Shown: piece after piece, positions 26,853-34,915 of the stretch
Position numbering within the stretch: the first letter of the stretch is position 1
Layout of the letters: each line of letters starts with the position of its first letter
DNA from: Candidatus Micrarchaeota archaeon
Lineage (GTDB): Archaea > B1Sed10-29
Direction: 5' to 3'
Length of the DNA: 64,000 nucleotides
NCBI GenBank assembly: GCA_964579265.1
Contig: CAZOFO010000003.1
Span: forward strand, 15,968-79,967
Position numbers and translations under genes: made by a program
Notes under the pieces: generated by a model
Databases searched by the model: none
Told to the model about the DNA's origin: nothing
What the model saw: the letters and a program-made list of their open reading frames with translations, nothing else

Positions 26853-27635
26853 ATGGATAATTTAAAACTGCTTAAAGTAGGTGGATCAATAATCACTGAA
26901 AGAAAAGCAGAAAAACCTACTCCAAGAGAAAAAGAAATGGAAAGAGTTGCAAAAGAGATATCAAAATCTTACTCTGAATCTATGAAAATGGTTTTAATAC
27001 ATGGGGCAGGTAGTTACGGTCATCCTATAGTTAAGAGAACAGGTATATCTAATGGAATGTCTAATAGAAAAGATAAAGTTAATTTCGCAGAAACCCAAAG
27101 ACTTCAAAATAAATTAAATTCATTATTTACCAAAAAACTAATAGAACAAGGCCTACCAGCTTTTCCCTTCCAGGCTTCGGCTTCAGCAGTGAGAAAAAAT
27201 GAATTAAAAAGAATGGAAGTTGATCTAATTAAAAAACTCTTGGAAGAAAATGTTATACCTGTACTTTACGGTGTACCTGCTTACGATGAAGATAAAGGTT
27301 GTTCAATTCTTTCGGGAGATGAGATAATGCCTTTCTTAGCTAAGGAATTAGATGCAAACCTAATGCTCCATGGTACAGATGTAGAAGGAGTTTATACTTC
27401 TGATCCTTCTGAAGATGATTCTGCAGAATTATTAAAGAATATAGGTTCTTTTGAAGAAGCTAAAAATTATTTAGGAGGAAGTAAACATACTGATGTGACT
27501 GGTGGGATGTTGAATAAAATAGAAAAAGCATTTGAATTAAATGTGGATAGTATTATCTTCAATGCTTCTACCAAAGGTAATATTAAGAAAGTTCTGAATG
27601 GTGAAGAAATTGGGACCTATATAAATGCTTATTAA
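26853..27635 (+). CDS. ipk: Isopentenyl phosphate kinase (amino-acid kinase family)
   Basis: LKVGGSIIT...KMVLIHGAGSYGHP glycine-rich motifs of the IPK/amino-acid kinase fold; 260 aa. Confidence 0.75.
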   Translation: MDNLKLLKVGGSIITERKAEKPTPREKEMERVAKEISKSYSESMKMVLIHGAGSYGHPIVKRTGISNGMSNRKDKVNFAETQRLQNKLNSLFTKKLIEQGLPAFPFQASASAVRKNELKRMEVDLIKKLLEENVIPVLYGVPAYDEDKGCSILSGDEIMPFLAKELDANLMLHGTDVEGVYTSDPSEDDSAELLKNIGSFEEAKNYLGGSKHTDVTGGMLNKIEKAFELNVDSIIFNASTKGNIKKVLNGEEIGTYINAY

Positions 27636-28637
27636 TTATCTTGAAATTGATCCATTTACTCCCATTTTTGTAATAATAGTTTTTCCTCCTTCTTTTTCTA
27701 TTGCTCGGGCTATTCCTTCCTGTTTCTCATTTGATGTAAGTGCGATCATTATGCCTCCTTTTCCTCCTCCGGATAGTTTTGCTCCGTAGGCTCCGTTCTC
27801 TCTTGCAGTTTGAATTAGTCTTTCTAGTTTTGGGTGGCTTACTCCTAATGTCTTCAGTTTCTCCTGGTTTTTGTTCATCAGTTCCCCTAGTTCCTCAGGT
27901 TTATTTTCTTCAACTGAACTTGCTCCTTTCTCGACCAATTCTTCTATTTCATTGAATATTCTGTTATAGCTTTCCGGGTGCTTTTCCCATCCTTTTTTTA
28001 CATAAGGGACTGTTTCACTTGTTTCTGATTTTATCTGTGTATCTCCTATTACTATTTGAAGAGGTTTTGGATCTTTATTTTCGTATTCTATACCTATTTC
28101 TTTTTCTTCTTTCTTCCTAACTGTATTGTATCCTCCTAATGAGCTTGAAATTATTTCACTCCCCGATGCTGCCCCTCCGTGTATCCTTACTTGTATAGGG
28201 TATATTGTTTTGAAGTATTCTTCTGCATTCATCTCTGTATCAGTTACTTTATTTAAGGTTCTTAGCAGTGATGAGGTTACTGCGGTAGAACTGCTCATTC
28301 CTCCTGATTCTTTAGGTATTTCTGTATCTATTTTTATCTGTAGACCTGTTTCTAAGTTTTTATATTCGTTATAGATAGATAAAAGATCGATTAAAGGGTC
28401 TAATTCATGTGTATAATCTTCTGGAGAATTATATTCAACTTTTTTTATTTTCTCTAGTTCTAAGTTTTTTTCTCCGTATCCTTTGGATTTTATATTTATT
28501 TTTTTATCTTTTCTTTTTTCGATTTTTGTCTCTGTATATTTTCCTATTGATGCTATCAATGCTTTTCTTCCATAGACTACGCTATGTTCTCCCAGTAGAA
28601 ATATATTTCCTGGTGCTTTTGCTTTTTTTCTTTTCAT
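27636..28637 (-). CDS. mvk: Mevalonate kinase (GHMP kinase)
   Basis: APGNIFLLGEHSVVYG GHMP motif 1 and GxSSS-type motif (GGMSSSTAVTSSLL); 333 aa; upstream of rps2, a common archaeal arrangement. Confidence 0.8.
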   Translation of the reverse strand: MKRKKAKAPGNIFLLGEHSVVYGRKALIASIGKYTETKIEKRKDKKINIKSKGYGEKNLELEKIKKVEYNSPEDYTHELDPLIDLLSIYNEYKNLETGLQIKIDTEIPKESGGMSSSTAVTSSLLRTLNKVTDTEMNAEEYFKTIYPIQVRIHGGAASGSEIISSSLGGYNTVRKKEEKEIGIEYENKDPKPLQIVIGDTQIKSETSETVPYVKKGWEKHPESYNRIFNEIEELVEKGASSVEENKPEELGELMNKNQEKLKTLGVSHPKLERLIQTARENGAYGAKLSGGGKGGIMIALTSNEKQEGIARAIEKEGGKTIITKMGVNGSISR

Positions 28638-28648
28638 ATTTGATCTTT

Positions 28649-29266
28649 CTATTTGAATTGGAAATCTTCTATCTCTTCGTCAAATTCATCGTTTTCTTTT
28701 ATTATCTCTTTGTTTTTCAGTGTTTCTCTTGCTATTAGGTAGTAGGCTAGTGCCAGAGATTGTTTTCCTTTATTGTTTATAGGTAGAATCAAGTCTATGT
28801 TGTTCACCATGTTTGAAGTATCACATAGGCTTATTACTGGTGTTTTGGATATTCTTGCTTCTTCTATTGCTTGTTGGTCTACTGATGGGTCCGCTGTTAT
28901 TACTAGTTCTGGTTCCAGGAATTTGTCTCCTCTAGGGTTTGTTAGTAGTCCTGGTGGGTATCTTCCGGTTTCTGAGTTTGCTCCTATTTTGTCAGCCATT
29001 TTTTCAGCTGGTTTTTGAGCGTATTTTCTCCCTGCTACTACTAGTATCTTGTTTGGGTCTTTTTCTGCTATCATGTTCGCTGCTTTTTTAATTCTTTCAT
29101 CTATTTTTGCTATGTTAAGTAACCATAATCCATCATCTCTACATTTATAAGTGAAAGGATCCATTTGTCCTGTTTTGTATTTCGATCCTATGTGTGCTCC
29201 TGTCTCTAGGTATTTTTCTACGGATACTAATGGGTTTTCTATTTTTCCTTGTTCGTTTTTTTCCAT
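28649..29266 (-). CDS. rps2: 30S ribosomal protein S2 (uS2)
   Basis: YLETGAHIGSKYKTGQMDPFTYKCRDDGLWLLNI is the uS2 N-terminal signature. Confidence 0.85.
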   Translation of the reverse strand: MEKNEQGKIENPLVSVEKYLETGAHIGSKYKTGQMDPFTYKCRDDGLWLLNIAKIDERIKKAANMIAEKDPNKILVVAGRKYAQKPAEKMADKIGANSETGRYPPGLLTNPRGDKFLEPELVITADPSVDQQAIEEARISKTPVISLCDTSNMVNNIDLILPINNKGKQSLALAYYLIARETLKNKEIIKENDEFDEEIEDFQFK

Positions 29267-29317
29267 TTTTGGTTCACCTGTATTTTTTGTTTATTCGTTA
29301 GTTTTAATATTTTCTTT

Positions 29318-30553
29318 TTATCTGCTTATGTAGTGTTCTATTCTGATCAATTCATTTAGTTTTGCTACTCTTTCTCCTCCTGCTATCCCTGTTTTTATTA
29401 TTGGTATGTTTTCTGCTAGTGCTATGTGAGCTATTGTTGAGTCGTTTGTTTCACCTGATCTATGGGATATTACAGGGGTGTATCCAATTTCTTTTGCTTT
29501 TTTTATTGTTTTTCTTGTTTCGGTTATTGTGCCTATTTGGTTTGGTTTTATAAGGATGGAGTTGCAGGCTTTTTTTTCTATCCCTTTTTCTAATCTTTCT
29601 ATTTTGGTTGTGAATAGATCGTCTCCGCATATTGTCTTTTCTGGGTTTTTTTCTGTTAATTCAGCGTGTTTTTCGTAGTCTTCTTCTTGTAGAGGGTCTT
29701 CTATATATTCTAAGTCGTATTTTTCTATTAGTTTTTGGATGTATTCTAATTGTTCTTCCGGTGTTCTTTCTTTATCTTGGTATTGATACTTTCCTTTTCT
29801 ATAGAATTCAGATGCTGCTACGTCTATTCCTAGTTTTATATCTATTTCAGGGTTTAAACCATTTTCTTTTTCTTTAATTTGTTTTAATGTTTTTTCTCTT
29901 GCTTCTTTTATCGTTTCTAGAGATTTTTCATTATTTAGAGTAGTGGTATATCCATTTTCTAGGTCTTTACCTGCTGTGAAGTGTTTATCTTTCTTTTTTA
30001 GTATTTTTTTCACGTTCTTTTGCATTTTTACATTTACTATGCATGATTCTTTGAATGTGTCTGTTTTTATCGGTATTGATAGGAATTCTTGTATTTCAGG
30101 GCCTTTTCCTGCGTGTTGTCCTCCTCCTATGAGTTTTCCTAGTGGTTGTGGTAGTATGTATTCATTTCTTTCTTCTAGGTGGAAGTATAGTGGTTTTTCT
30201 TCTGTATCTGCTGCTGCTTTTGCTATTGCTGTTGATAGAGAGAGGGTTATTGCTGCTCCGTAGTTTTCTAGATTTTCAGTTCCGTCTATTTCTTTTATTT
30301 TTTCATCTATTTCTTCTTGGTTTTCTGAGTTCATCCCTATTATTGACGGGTATAGCTGTCTTTCTGCTTTTTTAATTAGTTCTTTTGGTTTTTCTGGTGT
30401 TTGTTTTACTTCGTGTTTTCCTGCTGATGTTCCTGTGGGGGTGCTTGCTCTTCCAAATCCTGTTGAGGTATAAACATCTGTTTCTATTGTTTTTTCTCCT
30501 TTTGAATTCAGTATTATCTTTGAATCAATTTCTTTTATATCTGATTCTTTCAT
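29318..30553 (-). CDS. eno: Enolase
   Basis: SHRSGETNDSTIAHIALAEN...IKTGIAGGERVAKLNELIRIE enolase C-terminal signature; 411 aa. Confidence 0.85.
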   Translation of the reverse strand: MKESDIKEIDSKIILNSKGEKTIETDVYTSTGFGRASTPTGTSAGKHEVKQTPEKPKELIKKAERQLYPSIIGMNSENQEEIDEKIKEIDGTENLENYGAAITLSLSTAIAKAAADTEEKPLYFHLEERNEYILPQPLGKLIGGGQHAGKGPEIQEFLSIPIKTDTFKESCIVNVKMQKNVKKILKKKDKHFTAGKDLENGYTTTLNNEKSLETIKEAREKTLKQIKEKENGLNPEIDIKLGIDVAASEFYRKGKYQYQDKERTPEEQLEYIQKLIEKYDLEYIEDPLQEEDYEKHAELTEKNPEKTICGDDLFTTKIERLEKGIEKKACNSILIKPNQIGTITETRKTIKKAKEIGYTPVISHRSGETNDSTIAHIALAENIPIIKTGIAGGERVAKLNELIRIEHYISR

Positions 30554-30600
30554 TTTGGTTTCTCCTATTATGTTTTTCTATTTTCTCGAGACTTAGGTAA

Positions 30601-30708
30601 TGGGGCCAGCGAGATTTTCCTCAAAAGAGTCCTGTGGACTCCTGTTGATCTTGAACTCACGTCACCACCGCCCCGGGGTGGTAGGATGCCAGGCTACCCT
30701 ATGGCCCC
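30601..30708 (-). tRNA. tRNA-Pro (anticodon GGG, tentative) with ~34-nt non-canonical intron in the T-loop region
   Basis: Manual fold on minus strand: acceptor GGGGCCA/TGGCCCC, D-arm GGGT-AGCCTGGC-ATCC, anticodon arm ACCACC-CCGGGGC-GGTGGT (6-bp stem, C33), T-stem GTGAG...CTCGC split by ~34 nt. 108 nt total. Conserved rpoN-tRNAPro position. Confidence 0.55.
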
Positions 30709-30902
30709 ATTCGCGAGTATTTGTTTATTTCATCTATTATGTCTACTTGGGCTGTGAACATTCTTCTACAGCAGTATCTTTCCAATTTTAATTCGTCCAT
30801 TACTTTTTCTGGGTTTTCTCCGTTTTCTATCTTTTCTTTGTATTCTTCCCAGAGGTGTCCTATTGGTTTTCCACAACTGAAGCATCTTACGGGTATCATC
30901 AT
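30699..30902 (-). CDS. rpoN: DNA-directed RNA polymerase subunit N (Rpb10)
   Basis: MIPVRCFSCGKPIGHLWEEY...LERYCCRRM zinc-bundle signature; last 3 codons overlap the tRNA 5' end. Confidence 0.85.
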   Translation of the reverse strand: MMIPVRCFSCGKPIGHLWEEYKEKIENGENPEKVMDELKLERYCCRRMFTAQVDIIDEINKYSRMGP

Positions 30903-30927
30903 TTTTGTTCACCTTTTTTGGGGCACT

Positions 30928-31344
30928 TTATCTGTATGATTTGATTGGTTTTGCTCTTGCTCCTTTTCTCATTGGTTTCTTTGGCTCTTTTCTTCTGTAA
31001 TCATCTACTAGTATTGATCTGTCGTATTCTCTGTATTTTTCTTCCAGTTCTTCTGAGCCACTCCATTCTACTAGTGCTTTCCCTATTGAGGTTCTAGTGG
31101 CTGCTGCTTGTCCTGCTTTTCCTCCGCCTTTCACATTTGTTTTTATTTTTATCTTTTCAAGTTTCTCTTTTCCCAGAATTTTCTCAGCTATTCTTATTGG
31201 TTCTTTTATCATTCTTCTGTATAATTCAGGAGTGTATAAGTCTATTGGTTGATTATTAATTTTTATTGTTCCTTTTCCTTCCTTTATGGTTGTTCTAGCT
31301 ACTGCTTTTTTCTTTTTTCCTTTTTTGAATACATGTTTAGCCAT
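30928..31344 (-). CDS. rps9: 30S ribosomal protein S9 (uS9)
   Basis: GGGKAGQAAATRTSIGKALV and C-terminal ...KPIKSYR. Confidence 0.85.
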   Translation of the reverse strand: MAKHVFKKGKKKKAVARTTIKEGKGTIKINNQPIDLYTPELYRRMIKEPIRIAEKILGKEKLEKIKIKTNVKGGGKAGQAAATRTSIGKALVEWSGSEELEEKYREYDRSILVDDYRRKEPKKPMRKGARAKPIKSYR

Positions 31345-31357
31345 TTTTTCATCCTCT

Positions 31358-31783
31358 TTATTGTTTTAATCCTAATTCTTCACATAGTTCTTTTATTGTG
31401 ATATGTGGTTTATCTTTTTTTATTTTTATATTATCTTCTGATTTTTCTTCTAGTCCTTCTGGAACTCCCAAGTATGCTTTTATTTTTTTCTTAGCCTTTT
31501 TACCTCTTTGTTTTTTCATTGGAAGCATTTTCTCTGTTGCTCTTTTTAGGAATAGATCGGGTCTTCTTGATATTGTTTTTGGACTTTTTCTTGGGTTTCC
31601 TAAGTCTCTTAGATTGAATTTGTCTCTGTATTTTTGCACTATATTCTGTTTTTTTCCCACTATTATTGCTTTTTCAGAGTTTATTATTCTGACTTCTTTT
31701 CCTTTTTGAGCTTCTTCGGATGCTTTTGATGCTATTCTTCCGAGTGGTTTTCCTTCTCCGTTTATTATGTACATTTTGTTCAC
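31358..31783 (-). CDS. rpl13: 50S ribosomal protein L13 (uL13)
   Basis: MYIINGEGKPLGRIASKAS...IINSEKAIIVGKK uL13 N-terminal pattern. Confidence 0.8.
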   Translation of the reverse strand: MNKMYIINGEGKPLGRIASKASEEAQKGKEVRIINSEKAIIVGKKQNIVQKYRDKFNLRDLGNPRKSPKTISRRPDLFLKRATEKMLPMKKQRGKKAKKKIKAYLGVPEGLEEKSEDNIKIKKDKPHITIKELCEELGLKQ

Positions 31784-32148
31784 TTTATTATCTTCATTTT
31801 TTCTTTTGATGGTTTTTTATCTTTCATTTCTTCTATTGTGAAGGCTTTTGATTTTGTTTTGTTTATTTTTTCATTGGCTTTGTTTGAATATGTTAATGCT
31901 GCTATTTCTATTTTTTTATCTTTATTTATTTCTCCGTATCCAAGTACTTTTCCAGGTATTAATATTATTTCTCCGTCTTCCGCTTCTTTGTCTATTTTTC
32001 TTAGGTTTACTTCAGCTCTTTTTCTATTTGGTTTACCTAGTTCTTTTCCTAGGTCTTTCCAAATTCCTTTTTCTTTTTCCAGAGTTCTTATTAGACTTTT
32101 TAGTCTTTTGTTCTGTATTCTGTTTTTCCTTTTACTCATTTTAATCAT
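31780..32148 (-). CDS. rpl18e: 50S ribosomal protein L18e (eL18)
   Basis: Basic N-terminus, ...EVNLRKIDKEAEDGEIILIPGKVLGYGEI matches L18e; position between rpl13 and rpoD is conserved. Confidence 0.75.
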   Translation of the reverse strand: MIKMSKRKNRIQNKRLKSLIRTLEKEKGIWKDLGKELGKPNRKRAEVNLRKIDKEAEDGEIILIPGKVLGYGEINKDKKIEIAALTYSNKANEKINKTKSKAFTIEEMKDKKPSKEKMKIIK

Positions 32149-32166
32149 TTTTTATTGTTGTGGGGA

Positions 32167-32285
32167 TGCGGGGAACGGGATGTTCACCCAAAGAAGCTAA
32201 TAGCTTCTTCTTGGTTTTGAACCCGTGAAGGCACTAAGCCACATGGCCCTCAACCATGCCCTTTTGACCGCTCAGGCATCCCCGC
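32167..32285 (-). tRNA. tRNA-Leu (anticodon GAG) with ~35-nt non-canonical intron at T-loop position 59/60
   Basis: Manual fold: acceptor GCGGGGA/TCCCCGC, D-loop GAGCGGTCAAAA, anticodon arm CATGG-TTGAGGG-CCATG, long variable arm GGC-TTAGT-GCC, T-stem ACGGG...CCCGT interrupted after TTCAAA by a 35-nt hairpin-forming insert. 119 nt. Confidence 0.7.
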
Positions 32286-32894
32286 TTATTCCTGTTCTTC
32301 TATTTTTTCTTGTAGTTCTTCTGCTTTTTCCTTGAGGATTTTTAATGATTGTTCTAGTAGTTCTTCTGGTTCTTTTTTTACGTATGATTCTACAGTGAAT
32401 TTGAATTCGTCTTCTGGATCTTCTTCTGATTCTTTTTCTACATCTGTTTTATAGGTTGCTAGGCAGGGTTTGTGTCTGGCGTGTTCTTTCCCTAATCCGA
32501 GTTCTATTGTTCCTTCTAGCTCTATTTCTTGGTTTTCTTCTAGTTTTATTATTGGTGTTTTTGGGTATATTACTTCTATTTTTGGATCTTCTATTTCCAT
32601 TTGTTCTGCGTGTACTATCCCTGGGTCCTTTGCTGTTAGCGTCATCATTGTTGATGGTGATTCTTCGGTTAATTCGTAGTCTTCTGGGGTGGATATTGGT
32701 GTCATTCCTATTCTGTGTGCTATGTATTCATCGAACATTGGTGATGTATTTTCGAAGAAGCTTACTTTCGTGATTGCTAGGGTAGGTATTTCTCTTTGCA
32801 TTGTTCTCCTTATTGCATTGGCTGTTGGTGGGTTTGAGTCTTTTAGAGTGAATTCTAGCTTTTCTTCTTTTTTTTCTAGGTCTTCTATTTTCAT
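32286..32894 (-). CDS. rpoD: DNA-directed RNA polymerase subunit D (Rpb3 homolog), short form
   Basis: ANAIRRTMQREIPTLAITKVSFFENTSPMFDEYIAHRIGMTPI Rpb3/RpoD dimerisation-domain signature; 202 aa, so lacks an Fe-S domain. Confidence 0.8.
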   Translation of the reverse strand: MKIEDLEKKEEKLEFTLKDSNPPTANAIRRTMQREIPTLAITKVSFFENTSPMFDEYIAHRIGMTPISTPEDYELTEESPSTMMTLTAKDPGIVHAEQMEIEDPKIEVIYPKTPIIKLEENQEIELEGTIELGLGKEHARHKPCLATYKTDVEKESEEDPEDEFKFTVESYVKKEPEELLEQSLKILKEKAEELQEKIEEQE

Positions 32895-32916
32895 TTTTAT
32901 CTTCCTCTATCTCGTG

Positions 32917-33303
32917 TTATACTCTTCTTCCTCTTTTTCCGCCTGGTTTTTTGGTTCCATCGTGTGGGATTGGTGTGACGTCTTCTATTTTTCCTACGTT
33001 TAATCTGCTTCTTGATAGTGCTCTTATTGCTGCCTGTGCTCCTGGTCCTGGCATTTTTGATTTGTGTCCTCCGGGTGCTCTAATTTTTATATGTATTCCT
33101 TTTAATCCTTTTTTAGATGCTTCTTTTGCTGCTCTTTTTGCTGCTTTCATTGCGGTGTGTGGTTCTCCTTTTTTTCTATCTGCTTTTGCTATCATTCCTC
33201 CGCTACATTTTGATAGTGTTTCGGAGCCTGTTGAATCTGTTATTGTTATTATGGTGTTGTTGTTTGATGAATGTACGTGAGCTATTCCCCATTTCTTTTT
33301 CAT
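32917..33303 (-). CDS. rps11: 30S ribosomal protein S11 (uS11)
   Basis: [19 protein letters not shown]...[25 protein letters not shown]. Confidence 0.85.
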   Translation of the reverse strand: MKKKWGIAHVHSSNNNTIITITDSTGSETLSKCSGGMIAKADRKKGEPHTAMKAAKRAAKEASKKGLKGIHIKIRAPGGHKSKMPGPGAQAAIRALSRSRLNVGKIEDVTPIPHDGTKKPGGKRGRRV

Positions 33304-33322
33304 TTTTTACACCTGTTCTATT

Positions 33323-34063
33323 TTAGTCTTCTTTGTTTATCTGTCTTTTTATCCATTTTTTAAGTGTTTTTCTGTCTTTGTTTTGTTTTTCTGTTTCTAG
33401 TAGTTCTTCGTATTGTTTTTTATTGAAGTTTTGTGATTTTTCTTTTATTTCTGAAATGTTTTTCTTGGATAGTTTTTCGTAGTCTTTTTCTTCTGCTTCT
33501 TCTTTTGTTTCTTTTTTCGGTTTTGTTCTTTTTTGTTTCATTGTTTTTTGTTCTCTGGTTTTCTTTTGTGGTTTTTTACTAGCTTCTGCTTGTTCTATTG
33601 GTCTTCTGTACCAGTCTATTGTGTTTTCTTCTTCTTTTGGGATTATTATTCCTGGTTTTGTGGTTTTTCTGCCGTTGATTTCTATGTGTCCATGAGTTAT
33701 AAGTTGTCTTGATTGTTTAGGTGTTCTTCCGTATCCTTTTCTCCATGCTAGAGTTTGTAGTCTTCTTTCCAGGTAGTCTTTAGTAGTCATTGATAAGACG
33801 TCGTCTATTCCTCCGTTTTCTTTTATGAATCCTTGTCTTCTTAATTTCTTGAGGAAGTTTTCTTTCTTTCTTTTTACTTCTTCTTCTCTCTGTCCGATTA
33901 TTTGTCTTGCTATTTTTCTATATTTTCTTACTTGTGATTGAGCTTTCCATACTTCTTTCTTGTTTTTCAATCCGTAGTTCTTTTTTAGTTCTTTTTCTTT
34001 TGATAAGTTCTGCCAGTTCCAAGGGTGTCTTGGTTTTTGGTATTTCTTGCTTTTTTTCCTCAT
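33323..34063 (-). CDS. rps4: 30S ribosomal protein S4 (uS4) with C-terminal extension shared with eS6
   Basis: S4 N-terminal and S4 RNA-binding domain (QLITHGHIEINGRKTTKPGIII); extra ~70-aa K/E-rich tail ending in the module DYEKLSKKNISEIKEKSQNF...NKDRKTLKKWI. Confidence 0.85.
   Translation of the reverse strand: MRKKSKKYQKPRHPWNWQNLSKEKELKKNYGLKNKKEVWKAQSQVRKYRKIARQIIGQREEEVKRKKENFLKKLRRQGFIKENGGIDDVLSMTTKDYLERRLQTLAWRKGYGRTPKQSRQLITHGHIEINGRKTTKPGIIIPKEEENTIDWYRRPIEQAEASKKPQKKTREQKTMKQKRTKPKKETKEEAEEKDYEKLSKKNISEIKEKSQNFNKKQYEELLETEKQNKDRKTLKKWIKRQINKED
33335..33487 (-). repeat. Copy B of the ~150-bp duplicated coding module (C-terminal extension of uS4)
   Basis: Protein DYEKLSKKNISEIKEKSQNF...QNKDRKTLKKWIKRQI, ~60% identical to the eS6 tail; DNA similarity visible by eye. 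Confidence 0.7.
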
Positions 34064-34074
34064 TTCTGATCACT

Positions 34075-34551
34075 TTATTTTTGAACTTCTCTTTTATCTA
34101 CTTCTACTCCTAGTTCTAGTCCGCTTCTTCCTGTTGTTTGTGTTCTCTGTCCTCTTACTCTTAGACCGTGTTTGTGTCTTATTCCTTTGTAGCAATGTAT
34201 TTCTTTCATGAATTCAATATCTCTTCTTCTTTGTAGATCTAGGTTTGATCCTGTTAAGTGTTTGTTTTCTCCTGTTTTTCTGTCTTTTCTTCTGTTTAGC
34301 AGGTGTTTTGGTATTCCGTATTCGTTTGGTTCTTCTATGATTTTTTCTACTTTTTCTATTTCTTCTTCAGTTAGGTCTCCTACTTTGGTCTCTAGTTTTC
34401 TTTCTTTGTCTGTTTCTTTGATTAGTTCTGTTGCTATTGATTTGGATAGGTTTCTACCTATTCCTTTTATTTCTTTGAAGGCTGTTCTGATTTCTTTTTC
34501 TCCGTTTATGTCTTTTCCTGCTATACGGATTATTTTCTTTGTGTCTGGCAT
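34075..34551 (-). CDS. rps13: 30S ribosomal protein S13 (uS13)
   Basis: IRIAGKDINGEKEIRTAFKEIKGIGRNLSKSI ... GLRVRGQRTQTTGR. Confidence 0.85.
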   Translation of the reverse strand: MPDTKKIIRIAGKDINGEKEIRTAFKEIKGIGRNLSKSIATELIKETDKERKLETKVGDLTEEEIEKVEKIIEEPNEYGIPKHLLNRRKDRKTGENKHLTGSNLDLQRRRDIEFMKEIHCYKGIRHKHGLRVRGQRTQTTGRSGLELGVEVDKREVQK

Positions 34552-34761
34552 TTAGTACACCTTATTAGTGTTTATCTTATCTTTTGATAAGGATAAGATT
34601 TTACTCATCCTTTTTTGGTTTTCTTTTGCTATGGGTCAAAGCCGTTTCTTTTTTGGCTCGCCATCTGAAGTGAGAGTTAGTATTGGTTTTTGATGTAGTA
34701 TTATTTTTTTACTCCTGCTTTATAAAGGCTTTCTAATTATCTTTCTTTTTTGTTTTTTCTA

Positions 34762-34843
34762 CGCTGGGAAGGGGATTCGAACCCCTGTGGCCGTGAGGCC
34801 ACCAGCTTTCCAGGCTGGCGCATTACCGCTCTGCCATCCCAGC
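34762..34843 (-). tRNA. tRNA-Ser (anticodon GGA), class II with long variable arm, no intron
   Basis: Manual fold: acceptor GCTGGGA/TCCCAGC, D-loop AGCGGTAA, anticodon arm CCAGC-CTGGAAA-GCTGG, variable arm TGGCC-TCAC-GGCCA, T-arm AGGGG-TTCGAAT-CCCCT; 82 nt. Confidence 0.8.
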
Positions 34844-34915
34844 TTTTTCCATATTATATCTTATTATTGGTTTGATTAATTTTTTAGATAATTTCTCCTT
34901 TGACATTGTTCTTTT

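Noticed and set aside
34552-34761. 210-nt spacer between tRNA-Ser(GGA) and rps13, considered as a possible ncRNA
   Set aside because: Only the shared TTTATAAA element was recognisable. There is no conserved structure to support a call beyond a probable promoter or leader.
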